From Minisyncoccota bacterium (GTDB taxonomy: Bacteria; Patescibacteriota; Minisyncoccia; Phycocordibacterales; UBA9973): 64,000 bases of DNA. Below the pieces are notes generated by a model. It did no database searches. It was not told the origin of the DNA and worked only from the letters and a program-made list of their open reading frames with translations. Below, piece by piece: positions 19,261 to 28,439 of the stretch. The translations under genes and the position numbers were made by a program. Numbering within the stretch: the stretch's first letter is position 1; each line of letters begins with the position of its first letter. The stretch lies in assembly GCA_031291825.1 (NCBI GenBank), contig JARLIG010000009.1, positions 983-64,982 on the forward strand. Reading direction: 5' to 3'.

Positions 19261-19959
19261 CTACTTATTCTCTTTCTTCCATTCCTCAATAAGTTTATGG
19301 TTTCCAGAGAGTAAAACTTTAGGAACTTTGTAATTTTTAATCTTTTTACCCTGAGCTTTGCCGAAGGGATATTTTAAAATTTCTGGTCTAGTATACACCT
19401 CGCTGGTGGACACACGTTCTTCTTCTAAAGATTCATATTTCCCTAAAACTCCTGGAATCTGACGAGAGATGGAATCAATCAAAACCATCGCTGGTAATTC
19501 CCCACCCGTCAGCACATAATCTCCGATTGAAAATTTTTTGGTTTTTAAAATTTTATCTACTCGTGCATCGATGCCCTCATATCTGCCACAGATTAAAATA
19601 ATATCTGAATATTTTTTGGAAAATGTTTTAGCGGAAGCAGTGGTAAATTTTTCCGCACTGGGAATAAAATTAATAATTAAAACTTTCGATTTTTTAATTC
19701 TTAATTCGTAATTCGTAATTTTCCTTAAAGCTGATTCAACAGCTTTAAGGATTGGTTCGGCTCGCATGACCATCCCCGGTCCACCGCCATATGGTTTATC
19801 ATCTACCGGCCTATAGTTATTTTTGGGAGCTTTAATAAAATCTCGTGGATTGTAAAATTTCACGGAAATTTTTTTCTCTTTAATCGCCCGCCCAATGATA
19901 GACTCATTTAGATATGAATCAAAACTTTCTGGAAAAATTGTAATTACATGAAAACGCAT
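19261..19959 (-). CDS. trmD: tRNA (guanine37-N1)-methyltransferase
   Basis: MRFHVITIFP, DDKPYGGGPGMV, CGRYEGID, SIGDYVLTGGE. Start 19959. Confidence 0.97.
   Translation of the reverse strand: MRFHVITIFPESFDSYLNESIIGRAIKEKKISVKFYNPRDFIKAPKNNYRPVDDKPYGGGPGMVMRAEPILKAVESALRKITNYELRIKKSKVLIINFIPSAEKFTTASAKTFSKKYSDIILICGRYEGIDARVDKILKTKKFSIGDYVLTGGELPAMVLIDSISRQIPGVLGKYESLEEERVSTSEVYTRPEILKYPFGKAQGKKIKNYKVPKVLLSGNHKLIEEWKKENK
19348..19368 (-). repeat. CCCTTCG..GCTCAGGG mini-repeat (family R3) in frame in trmD
   Basis: cccttcggcaaagctcagggt encodes PFGKAQG; related copy in the P-type ATPase. Confidence 0.65.
19695..19722. repeat. TAATTCG heptamer array in frame in trmD
   Basis: taattct taattcg taattcg taatttt, encoding KITNYELRIK. 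Confidence 0.75.
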
Positions 19960-19978
19960 ATTTATATAAAATAGTGCG

Positions 19979-20008
19979 GCCAGCGTTTCCCCGAAGGTAG
20001 CACTGGCC
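19979..20008 (-). terminator. Hairpin/terminator after small ORF
   Basis: ggccagtg...cgctggcc stem followed by ctatttt on the minus strand. Confidence 0.55.
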
Positions 20009-20017
20009 AAAAAATAG

Positions 20018-20113
20018 TTAATCCTTCTTATTCAACTCCGATTTAACGCAAGCCACAGCAAGCATTAAAATCAGGATACAAAATACCGCGACACCTCCGC
20101 ATAAATTTCCCAT
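20018..20113 (-). CDS. 31-aa single-TM peptide (below ORF-track cutoff)
   Basis: MGNLCGGVAVFCILILMLAVACVKSELNKKD*, GGGAGGG SD, upstream TTGATA..TATTAA promoter-like sequence, downstream hairpin. Confidence 0.65.
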   Translation of the reverse strand: MGNLCGGVAVFCILILMLAVACVKSELNKKD

Positions 20114-20164
20114 GACACCCTCCCGACTATATTAATACAACATTTTATGGAAAATATCAACAAC

Positions 20165-20199
20165 AAAAAAACCGACACTTTTCAGTATCGGTCTTTTTT
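20165..20199 (-). terminator. Intrinsic terminator after khpA
   Basis: aaaaaaccga...tcggtcttttt stem with A/T tracts on both sides. Confidence 0.6.
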
Positions 20200-20211
20200 A
20201 TTCAATGCTAT

Positions 20212-20559
20212 TTAAATTCCTTTCAAGTCTTCCATCGCTTGGTCAACAGTCTTCAAGGTCGGAGCGCTCATATGAGGAGTGGAACTATGTCCTTCTGGTC
20301 TCATACTGCCTGCTGGTTCATTGATTTTTAGATTAACGCGAGCGTTATTCTTCATGCCAATGATGCGGAGCAAGGTGCGGATGGCTTTCGCGGTGTTACC
20401 CATTCGGCCAATAATCTTGCCCATGTCGGCAGGATTTACAGTCAGAGTGATGAGTACGCCCATTTCGTCGACAGTGCGTTCGATTTTTACATCGTTTGGA
20501 TTGTCTACAAGAGCTTTCACTACGTATTCCAAAAATATCTGGTCAGCTTCGTTGTTCAT
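20212..20559 (-). CDS. khpA: KH-domain RNA-binding protein KhpA
   Basis: VKALVDNP, DMGKIIGRMGNTAKAIRTLL; between rpsP and trmD. Confidence 0.92.
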   Translation of the reverse strand: MNNEADQIFLEYVVKALVDNPNDVKIERTVDEMGVLITLTVNPADMGKIIGRMGNTAKAIRTLLRIIGMKNNARVNLKINEPAGSMRPEGHSSTPHMSAPTLKTVDQAMEDLKGI

Positions 20560-20641
20560 AGTATTGAGAGAATTTATTTTTTAATTTAAAACTTTCTTTG
20601 CAGTGTTACGACCCGGTACTGCTTTACTGAATTATACAAAA

Positions 20642-20950
20642 TTATTTTTTCACTTTCAACTCTTTTCGCTTCTGGGTGGGATGTTTCTTTGGCAAAACAT
20701 TTACCTTCTTACCAACGATAACCTTGTCGTGCACTAAAAAATTATGCATCGTACCAGAGCACTGTGCACCCTGGCTAATCCAATATTTTATTCTTTCAGC
20801 ATCTAAATTTTTCTCTCCAGCCTTTGGATTATAAGTTCCTAAAATTTCTAAAAATTTTCCGCTCTTGGTACTATTTTTTGAATCGGTCAAAACAGCCCGG
20901 AACGAAGGGTCATTCTTTCTGCCTATTCTCTGAAGTCTTATTTTTAACAT
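20642..20950 (-). CDS. rpsP: 30S ribosomal protein S16
   Basis: MLKIRLQRIGRKN.P.FR, EILGTYNP, YWISQGAQ. Confidence 0.97.
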   Translation of the reverse strand: MLKIRLQRIGRKNDPSFRAVLTDSKNSTKSGKFLEILGTYNPKAGEKNLDAERIKYWISQGAQCSGTMHNFLVHDKVIVGKKVNVLPKKHPTQKRKELKVKK

Positions 20951-21008
20951 AGTGTGAGTCTAACATAAATTATTTAAAATGCAATTCGCTTTAATGGCAA
21001 CAACAGAA

Positions 21009-21088
21009 AAAGGCGTCCTCAGAGCCTTTTTGAGAGCTCGTGAAGACGCCTTTGATATTTTTAGTGAACTTCAGTAGGAGTCACTAAA
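21009..21088 (-). terminator. Two 3' hairpins including terminator after the Gly-rich gene
   Basis: tttagtga..tcactaaa and aaaggcgtc..gacgccttt plus T tract. Confidence 0.65.
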
Positions 21089-21102
21089 TCTCCGTTTTTC
21101 GC

Positions 21103-22248
21103 TTAGCGATGGCTGCCACCAGAAGAACGAGCACCACCTGATGGATGGAATCCACCACCAGAAGAAACTGGACGTGGTGCAGGAGATTGTCCTCCACCAA
21201 AGCGTGTACCAGTTACTGGGCGAACATTATATCCGCCAGAACCAGAAGTGCCATTGCCGCCACCAGCATAACCGCCGGAACCGTTGCCGTAACCACCAGC
21301 GCCAGAACCACCAGAACTTCCAGAGGTACCATTACCTCCGGAACCATAAGTACCCGAACCACCGTTACTAGGAGTTCCGCCACCTGTTGTGGGTGTTCTC
21401 CCAGGACCGCCGCTGACTCCGCCACCGACACCGAGACCGCCGCCAGCAAATCCGCCACCGCCAGAACCAGGATAGTAACCCCGACCGTGGTAACAGTAGC
21501 GACCACCCCACCAACCCCAAACCAAAAATGAATAACCGGGGTAGTAAAGCCCGACGTACGGACTTTCAACAACGACAACCTCTTGCTCATAATTTCTTCT
21601 TGAGCTAGAAGCAACTTGCTCTCCTCCGAGACAATCCGCCATTACTTTCTTGCGGGTTTTTTTGTCCAGCACTTTTAACAGTGCTGTCAGTCTTACCGCG
21701 TCTTGGCAAATTGCAGGCACAGGAGGTGCCTGCTGCATTGTTGGTTGCTGTTGCTGCTGATAGTTAGCACGCATTGGAGCAGGTGCTCCAGCTGGTGCTG
21801 GGGCAGAAGCTTGTGATGCAGCGGGCGCAGCGGGTTGAGTTGCTGTAGCCGTAGTTTGTGGTGCTGATGGATAAAAAATCCCATCGTTAGGGTTTCCGCA
21901 GGCATCGATTGCGTACGGAACCTCTTTCAAAGATCCATCTGCGTTGGTCTCCCAGCGCATCATGAAACCCTTGTGCTCCACTATCCACTGTTTTCCCGCT
22001 GTTGTCAGCGAGTGCAAGCAGGCATCCGCTTCAAGCGGAGCTGCAATCTTGCTCTTGCCGTCAACTGGTTCGTGACCTTTGAGCCCAAAAAACTTTGGCT
22101 CGTAGGTTGTGTAGTTACCGGAACGATAAGCTGCGCCGCAGCTATCCTTGTCCGGAAACATGTTCGGTTTGGATTGCGCGGTCACCGTGGTAGTTACCAC
22201 GATGAAAACAAAAAAAGTTGTAAAGAACAAACTGATTCTACGAATCAC
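21103..22248 (-). CDS. Secreted protein with Ala/Pro/Gln linker and Gly-rich C-terminus
   Basis: Signal peptide, GTG start with AAGGAGG SD, own TTGACA-17-TATATT promoter, visibly higher GC. Confidence 0.75.
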   Translation of the reverse strand: MIRRISLFFTTFFVFIVVTTTVTAQSKPNMFPDKDSCGAAYRSGNYTTYEPKFFGLKGHEPVDGKSKIAAPLEADACLHSLTTAGKQWIVEHKGFMMRWETNADGSLKEVPYAIDACGNPNDGIFYPSAPQTTATATQPAAPAASQASAPAPAGAPAPMRANYQQQQQPTMQQAPPVPAICQDAVRLTALLKVLDKKTRKKVMADCLGGEQVASSSRRNYEQEVVVVESPYVGLYYPGYSFLVWGWWGGRYCYHGRGYYPGSGGGGFAGGGLGVGGGVSGGPGRTPTTGGGTPSNGGSGTYGSGGNGTSGSSGGSGAGGYGNGSGGYAGGGNGTSGSGGYNVRPVTGTRFGGGQSPAPRPVSSGGGFHPSGGARSSGGSHR

Positions 22249-22373
22249 GAGACCTCCTTAGGGTCGACGGGTTGACTTTGACAGTCGACCCTTATTCCTT
22301 ATAAATATAGCATATTATAGCCTAAATGTCAAGCTTAATTTGGTATTTTAGCCATATGTGCTATATTTAAAAG

Positions 22374-24311
22374 GTGAAAAATCAAACGAACAATAAAGTA
22401 CAGGGCGTTATCTCTATCTCCTCTAAAGGCACAGGCTATGTCAAGGTTTTAGACCAAAAAGACGATATTGAAATTGATTCTCGAAATCTAAAAACTGCAC
22501 TACATGGCGATACAGTAGAGGTAGTCCTCCACCCTAAAAACCACGGGCGATTAAGCGGAGAAGTTTCTAAAATAATTTCTCGCGTGAAAATTCGCTTTGC
22601 AGGAATTTTAGAAGAAGAAAATAAAATGTTTTTTTTAAAGCCGGATGATACAAAAATGTATACCGACATTTTAGTTCCGAAAGAATCTTTAAATGGCGCA
22701 AAGGGAGGACAAAAAGTTTTTGTGGAAATAACTTCTTGGGTGGACGCAAAAAAAGCTCCGCTTGGAAAAGTGGTCAAAATTTTAGGACGTCCAGGCGACA
22801 ACGATACTGAGATGCATTCGATAGCCATGGAAAAAGGTTTCGACTCCGAACTGCCACACAAAGTGGAAGAGGAAGCCAGAAGCATCAAACAAGCAGGGAT
22901 AAAAGAAAGTGATTATGCCCTACGCCGTGACTTTAGAAAAATTTTAACTTTTACGATTGACCCCTCGGACGCTAAAGATTTCGATGATGCCCTATCTTTT
23001 AAAGAAGTTGGTAACGATGAGTATGAAATTGGCATTCACATTGCGGACGTTTCGCATTATGTAAAGGTCGGTAGCGCTTTAGATATCGAAGCGCGCGAGC
23101 GAGGTACTTCTGTTTATCTAGTAGATAGAACTATTCCGATGTTGCCAGAAATTCTTTCCAATGATTTATGCAGTTTAGTTCCTAACAAAGATAGACTCAC
23201 GATGAGCGCCGTTTTTGTAATTGATAAAAATGCGCAAGTCAAAAACGAATGGTTCGGACGTACGGTAATTCACTCGCAAAAAAGATTTACTTATGAAGAA
23301 GCAGAGGTTTCCATTAAAAAATCAACTGCTCCCCTACACAAAGAGCTCGCTATTTTAAATAATTTGGCAAAAAAACTAACAAAGGAAAGATTTTCTCAAG
23401 GCGCTATTTCGCTCGACCAAGAAGAAGTAAAATTTGTCCTTGATGAAAAAGGTGTGCCAATAAAAGTTATCAAAAAAGAGCGCGGAGATTCCAATAAGCT
23501 GATTGAAGAATTTATGCTTTTAGCAAATAGAAAAGTTGCCGAAGTATTGTCTCCTAAAAAAATCAAGGGCGTAAAAGACAAAAAAGAAGAAGAAAGTGTG
23601 TCTATTTATCGTATTCATGACTTACCAAGCAAAGAAAAAATGGCCGACTTAGCATTTTTCTTACGTAGCTTGGGACATAAAGTATCTTTACAAAATGGAA
23701 TAATTCCAACTTATGAAATAAATAAATTATTGGAAAGCTTGGCGGGAAAAAATGAAGCGGATACAGTTCACCGCGCCGTGATTCGTTCAATGGCCAAAGC
23801 AATTTATTCCACAAAGAACATCGGCCACTACGGACTAGCTTTTCAATATTACACACATTTCACTTCCCCCATCCGCAGATATCCAGACATTATGATTCAC
23901 CGGCTACTGGCTGACCATTTGGCTAAGAAAAAAAATACTATAGGTAAATTAATTGAATTCGAAAAGATGAGCCGCATTGCATCCGAACAAGAAAAGCGCG
24001 CCTCTGACGCAGAAAGGGCTTCTATCAAATACAAACAAGTCGAATATATGAGTAAACGTTTGGGTAAAAGTTTTACTGGAGTCATCAGTGGTATGACCGA
24101 ATGGGGTATGTATGTGGAAGAAACAGAAACAAAGTGTGAAGGACTGGTTCGTATGCGCGACATGGACGATGATTTTTATGTTTTCAATGAAAAAAAATTA
24201 GAATTAGTCGGACAGAAAAAGAAAAAAAGTTATCGCTTGGGTGATAAAGTAAAAATAAAAGTAAAGGCCGTTGATCTAGAAAGAAAAACCATAGACTATA
24301 CTCTGCTATGA
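22374..24311 (+). CDS. rnr: Ribonuclease R
   Basis: TIDPSDAKDFDDA, HFTSPIRRYPD, C-terminal S1 domain. Confidence 0.95.
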   Translation: MKNQTNNKVQGVISISSKGTGYVKVLDQKDDIEIDSRNLKTALHGDTVEVVLHPKNHGRLSGEVSKIISRVKIRFAGILEEENKMFFLKPDDTKMYTDILVPKESLNGAKGGQKVFVEITSWVDAKKAPLGKVVKILGRPGDNDTEMHSIAMEKGFDSELPHKVEEEARSIKQAGIKESDYALRRDFRKILTFTIDPSDAKDFDDALSFKEVGNDEYEIGIHIADVSHYVKVGSALDIEARERGTSVYLVDRTIPMLPEILSNDLCSLVPNKDRLTMSAVFVIDKNAQVKNEWFGRTVIHSQKRFTYEEAEVSIKKSTAPLHKELAILNNLAKKLTKERFSQGAISLDQEEVKFVLDEKGVPIKVIKKERGDSNKLIEEFMLLANRKVAEVLSPKKIKGVKDKKEEESVSIYRIHDLPSKEKMADLAFFLRSLGHKVSLQNGIIPTYEINKLLESLAGKNEADTVHRAVIRSMAKAIYSTKNIGHYGLAFQYYTHFTSPIRRYPDIMIHRLLADHLAKKKNTIGKLIEFEKMSRIASEQEKRASDAERASIKYKQVEYMSKRLGKSFTGVISGMTEWGMYVEETETKCEGLVRMRDMDDDFYVFNEKKLELVGQKKKKSYRLGDKVKIKVKAVDLERKTIDYTLL

Positions 24312-26251
24312 ATAATCCCGTAAATTCGAAAACTAAACAGACTATTAGCTTAATATTCTGGATTATTTCTGCAGTGGTTATCGGAATCATAATCGCATCA
24401 TTGTTTATTAAGGGAGGTAAATATGAAGCCTCTGTGTCACCAAAAGAAAAATCTGCAACGGTAATCCAAATAATTCCACCAATTGCGCCAGACCCAAACA
24501 TTCCGCAAGCACAATATTTTTATGTAAATAAAAACGAAAATGGACAACAGCCAAATGTTTCTGCTAAGGCATACTTGGTCGGCGATTTAAACACTGGTGA
24601 GGTAATTCTTTCTAAGAATCAAGACGAAAAATTTCCAATGGCTTCTGTTTCAAAACTTATGACCGCCTTGGTCGCCACTAAAATATTAAATCCAGAAGAT
24701 GATACCGCGCAAGTGACCAAAACAGCTTTGATAATTGAAGGCAAAAGCGAAGGTAAAAATGGGGAACTTTATTCTGGACAGCAAATAACCATTAACACCC
24801 TTTTGTATCCCCTTTTACTAGAATCCAGCAACGGCGCCGCAGAAGTTATTTCCGAATATTTCGGCAAGGATGATTTCATTTCAAAAATGAACCAAGAAGC
24901 AGCTAATTTAAAAATGGCCTCCACTTCTTACGAAGACCCGAGTGGGCTTTCAGTAAATAATCAATCAACTCCATCAGATTTGTTTAAATTAACTGGATAT
25001 ATCATGCAGAATTATCCGAGTTTATTTCAACTAACCACCCTTAGAAGTTATTCCAATAAAAAACAAAGCTGGTCAAATATCAGCCAATTCGTCGGACAAA
25101 ATGGTTATGCTGGAGGCAAAGAAGGTTATACTGACGCAGCCGACCAAACCGTCGTCGCTATTTTTGATTTACCTCTCGGGCAAACTGGCTATCGTCCCAT
25201 TGCAATTACTCTTCTACAAAGCACTGACCGTAAAAAAGATGTGGAAACTATTCTGCAGTATTTGAAAAATAATATTTATTACGGCGGATTAGCAGATGCA
25301 AATACGAACTGGGTACAAGAGAAAGTCGGCTCGCCAGACATAACACAGCCGAGCTATGTGACCATGGCTTTCGCTGGAGACATTATGCTCGACCGCGGAG
25401 TGAAAGATTCTGTTATTAAAAATTTCAATGATGACTATTCGGCAATTTTTGAAAACTTAAATATCTTCAAACAATCTGATATAGCATTTGCAAACTTAGA
25501 AGGCCCTATTTCAGACCAAGGCACGAATAAAAATAATTTATATTCTTTTAGAATGGATCCTGCTGTGGCGCCAGCATTAGCTGGCGCCGGTATCAGTATT
25601 TTATCCGTAGCAAATAACCATATCGGCGATTGGGGAATTTCCGCCTTCACTGATACTTTATCAAGCTTAAATGAAAATGAAATTGCCTACACTGGCGGAG
25701 GATTAACTGAGGCAGAAGCCGACGCGCCAACAATTATAAATAAATACGGAATGAAAATTGGTTTTCTGGCTTTCTCGGATGTTGGGCCAAATGACATGGC
25801 CGCGGGAGTAAACACACCGGGAATTCTTTTAGCTAGTGACCCAAACTTTGATAACATAATAAAAAATGCTGCGAGCCAAGTTGATGACCTTGTCGTCTCT
25901 TTCCATTTCGGTGATGAATATCAAACAAAACATAATGCAAGACAAGAACAGCTAGCGCATGAAGCCGTAAATGACGGAGCAAAAATTGTTATCGGATCTC
26001 ATCCGCACGTCGTGGAAGACACAGAAATTTATAAAAATTCCTATATTGCCTATTCCCTCGGTAATTTAGTTTTTGACCAGCCTTTCAGTGCAAACACAAT
26101 GCAAGGTATGCTTCTAGAAATTCAGTTAAACAAAGATGGTTCAATGATTGTTAAAAAAGATACAACACAGCTTAATTCCGCTTTTCAAATAGCAAAAGTC
26201 ACTATCGGTAAGCCGCAGAAAATAACTTTCCCTGTGGCTAAGACAAATTAA
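24308..26251 (+). CDS. D-Ala-D-Ala carboxypeptidase (S11) fused to CapA/PGA_cap metallophosphoesterase
   Basis: ASVSK (SxxK), SSN, KEG in place of KTG; then GDIMLDR, NLEG, ANNHIGD, HFG.EY, GSHPHV, YSLGN. Confidence 0.88.
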   Translation: MNNPVNSKTKQTISLIFWIISAVVIGIIIASLFIKGGKYEASVSPKEKSATVIQIIPPIAPDPNIPQAQYFYVNKNENGQQPNVSAKAYLVGDLNTGEVILSKNQDEKFPMASVSKLMTALVATKILNPEDDTAQVTKTALIIEGKSEGKNGELYSGQQITINTLLYPLLLESSNGAAEVISEYFGKDDFISKMNQEAANLKMASTSYEDPSGLSVNNQSTPSDLFKLTGYIMQNYPSLFQLTTLRSYSNKKQSWSNISQFVGQNGYAGGKEGYTDAADQTVVAIFDLPLGQTGYRPIAITLLQSTDRKKDVETILQYLKNNIYYGGLADANTNWVQEKVGSPDITQPSYVTMAFAGDIMLDRGVKDSVIKNFNDDYSAIFENLNIFKQSDIAFANLEGPISDQGTNKNNLYSFRMDPAVAPALAGAGISILSVANNHIGDWGISAFTDTLSSLNENEIAYTGGGLTEAEADAPTIINKYGMKIGFLAFSDVGPNDMAAGVNTPGILLASDPNFDNIIKNAASQVDDLVVSFHFGDEYQTKHNARQEQLAHEAVNDGAKIVIGSHPHVVEDTEIYKNSYIAYSLGNLVFDQPFSANTMQGMLLEIQLNKDGSMIVKKDTTQLNSAFQIAKVTIGKPQKITFPVAKTN

Positions 26252-26255
26252 ATTT

Positions 26256-28427
26256 CTATTTTGCAATTTGGGTAGCTTCTTCAAATTTTACAGAGAGAAG
26301 TTTAGAAGCTTCATCAGAGCCGATGGTGATGCCGTAAAGCACACCAGCACGAGACATCGTCTCACGATTGTGGGTGACGACGACGAGTTGTGAATGTTTA
26401 GAAAGTTTTTCTAGCATATCTCCGTATTTGCGAGAATTTGATTCGTCTAGCGCCGCATCAGTCTCATCAAGCACCAAAAATGGTGGCGGATTTACTTGTG
26501 ACATCGCAAAAAGAAGAGCAATAGATGTGAGCGAACGTTCCCCGCCAGAGAACGCATTTATTTCTTTTACTTTCTTGTGTGGCAAAGAAACATTTATTTC
26601 AATCCCTTTTTCAAAAAGAATTTCTTCTTCCTCTGCTAAATCTTTCAGTTCATCATCTTCATCAGATTCCGTGGCTCTTTTCTTTTTCGTTTCCACCACA
26701 ATTGAAAGTGAGCCATGCCCGCCACCAAACATCAATGAAAAGAATTCCTGAAATTCAACATTTATCTTTTTCACGCCTTCTTTAAATTCAATATCAATTT
26801 TTTCTTTGAGGTCTACGATAAGTTTCTTTAAAGATTCAATACTCTTTTCCAAGTCTTCCATTTCCTTTGCTAAAAATAGGTCTCGCTCGGAAACTTCCTT
26901 AAATTCCTTGATTAATTCAGCTCCATTACCGAGTCCAGCATCTTCCAACTTTATTTTAATACGTTCAATTTTTTTCTTTAATTCGTCTTGTAGATGCCCT
27001 GCGACTTCTTCCGTCACTTGATATTCTCTGTAAGAAAAAATCTCCTGCCCAATAAGCGCTGCGCCTTCTTTTATTTCAGTTTCAAAAACTTCCGCCCGAT
27101 TTCTTAAATTACCTTCCTTGATATGCACCAACTCCAAGGCTGAAGAAAGTTCTTGGTGGCGCACCTTGAATGCGAATTTCTCACGCTCCAAATCACGCAA
27201 GGCTTCCATCTCCTTATTTATTTCCTGTTTTAAAATTTCCGCAGCATGACTGCCTTCTTTTTCTTCCGCCTCTATTTTTTTGACCTCTTCGAGCGACCTA
27301 GCTTGAGAATTTTTTAATTCCTCGAGTTCTTTTTCTTCATTATGTTTTTTCTCTATCTGTTCTGGTCCCTCTTTTATCTCACTTCCGCAAAGTGGACATC
27401 GCCCTGAAACAGCCACTTTATTTGCTCTAGCCTCCAGGATACCTTCAATACGGCCGAGTTTGCGTTCAAGCTCACCTTTGCTAGAACGTAGAGAATTTAT
27501 TCTTTGTTCGAGTAGTCTGAGTTCTTCTAAAGAAGAACCCCCACCCATCCTCCCCCTTAATAAGGGGGAGGTGTCAGAATGACGGAGGGGGTCATTATCC
27601 TCAATAATAGAAATTTTTTCGTTTACAATTTTCAGTTCATCAGAAAGTTTTTTACTTTCTCCAGATAAAGATTCTTTTTCTTGTTCTAAATAGATACTTT
27701 CCTTTTTTAAATATTCTCGATAAAGCTCCGTCAGTTCCGACTGCATTTCTTTTGTTTTCTCAAATTTTTCCACCTGCTTTTTCAAAAAGTTCAAATGCGG
27801 AGCATTTTCGCGACGCTGCAAAACAACCTCTTTCATATTCTCGTTGGTCTTTTCCAGTTTTCTTTCCGATTCTTTTATCTTGTATTGATAAATTTTGAGT
27901 CCAAGCGCATCTTCTACCATCTCCCTTCTGTCGCGTGCATTGGCATTTAAAATTCTATCTGCCTCGCCTTGGGAAATGATATGGTGTCCGCTGGAGCCGA
28001 TGTTGACCGAGGCGAGCAAATTGTGAATATCTTTTAATCTTACCTCTGTACCGTTTAAAATATATTTATTGAGTCCGTCGGAATAAACTTCACGAGAAAT
28101 CGAAATGACATCGTAATTTAAATCCAAAGTATCTCCCCCATCATTTGTAAGTTTAAAAACTTTGTCAGTATTATTAAAATATATAGTAACTGAAGCTTTA
28201 GATCCAGCTGATAATTTCTTTGAGCCTTTGAAAATCAAATCCGAGCCTCCACGCCCGCGCATAGACTTCATGGACTGCTCGCCTAAAACGAAACGAAAAG
28301 CCTCCACAATATTGGATTTTCCGGAACCGTTCGGCCCAACGATAGAAACAACTGGAGTTTCAAATTCCAAAACCGTCTTTTGCGCAAAAGATTTGAATCC
28401 ATTCAATTGAAGTGTTTTCAGCCGCAT
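26256..28427 (-). CDS. smc: Short SMC-family ATPase lacking a hinge, with central CPLC
   Basis: GFKSF, GPNGSGKSN, ISQG, FSGGE, LDETDAALD, VTH; located downstream of rnc. Confidence 0.9.
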   Translation of the reverse strand: MRLKTLQLNGFKSFAQKTVLEFETPVVSIVGPNGSGKSNIVEAFRFVLGEQSMKSMRGRGGSDLIFKGSKKLSAGSKASVTIYFNNTDKVFKLTNDGGDTLDLNYDVISISREVYSDGLNKYILNGTEVRLKDIHNLLASVNIGSSGHHIISQGEADRILNANARDRREMVEDALGLKIYQYKIKESERKLEKTNENMKEVVLQRRENAPHLNFLKKQVEKFEKTKEMQSELTELYREYLKKESIYLEQEKESLSGESKKLSDELKIVNEKISIIEDNDPLRHSDTSPLLRGRMGGGSSLEELRLLEQRINSLRSSKGELERKLGRIEGILEARANKVAVSGRCPLCGSEIKEGPEQIEKKHNEEKELEELKNSQARSLEEVKKIEAEEKEGSHAAEILKQEINKEMEALRDLEREKFAFKVRHQELSSALELVHIKEGNLRNRAEVFETEIKEGAALIGQEIFSYREYQVTEEVAGHLQDELKKKIERIKIKLEDAGLGNGAELIKEFKEVSERDLFLAKEMEDLEKSIESLKKLIVDLKEKIDIEFKEGVKKINVEFQEFFSLMFGGGHGSLSIVVETKKKRATESDEDDELKDLAEEEEILFEKGIEINVSLPHKKVKEINAFSGGERSLTSIALLFAMSQVNPPPFLVLDETDAALDESNSRKYGDMLEKLSKHSQLVVVTHNRETMSRAGVLYGITIGSDEASKLLSVKFEEATQIAK
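27538..27593 (-). repeat. REP-like double hairpin in frame in smc
   Basis: gaccccctccgtcattctgacacctcccccttattaagggggaggatgggtggggg encodes DPLRHSDTSPLLRGRMGG, interrupting the coiled coil. Confidence 0.8.
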
Positions 28428-28439
28428 AATATTTTGTAA

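Noticed and set aside
24308-24311. Alternative genetic code (TGA=Gly)
   Set aside because: Conserved genes translate fully under code 11, and TGA ends rnr at the expected place in an ATGA overlap.
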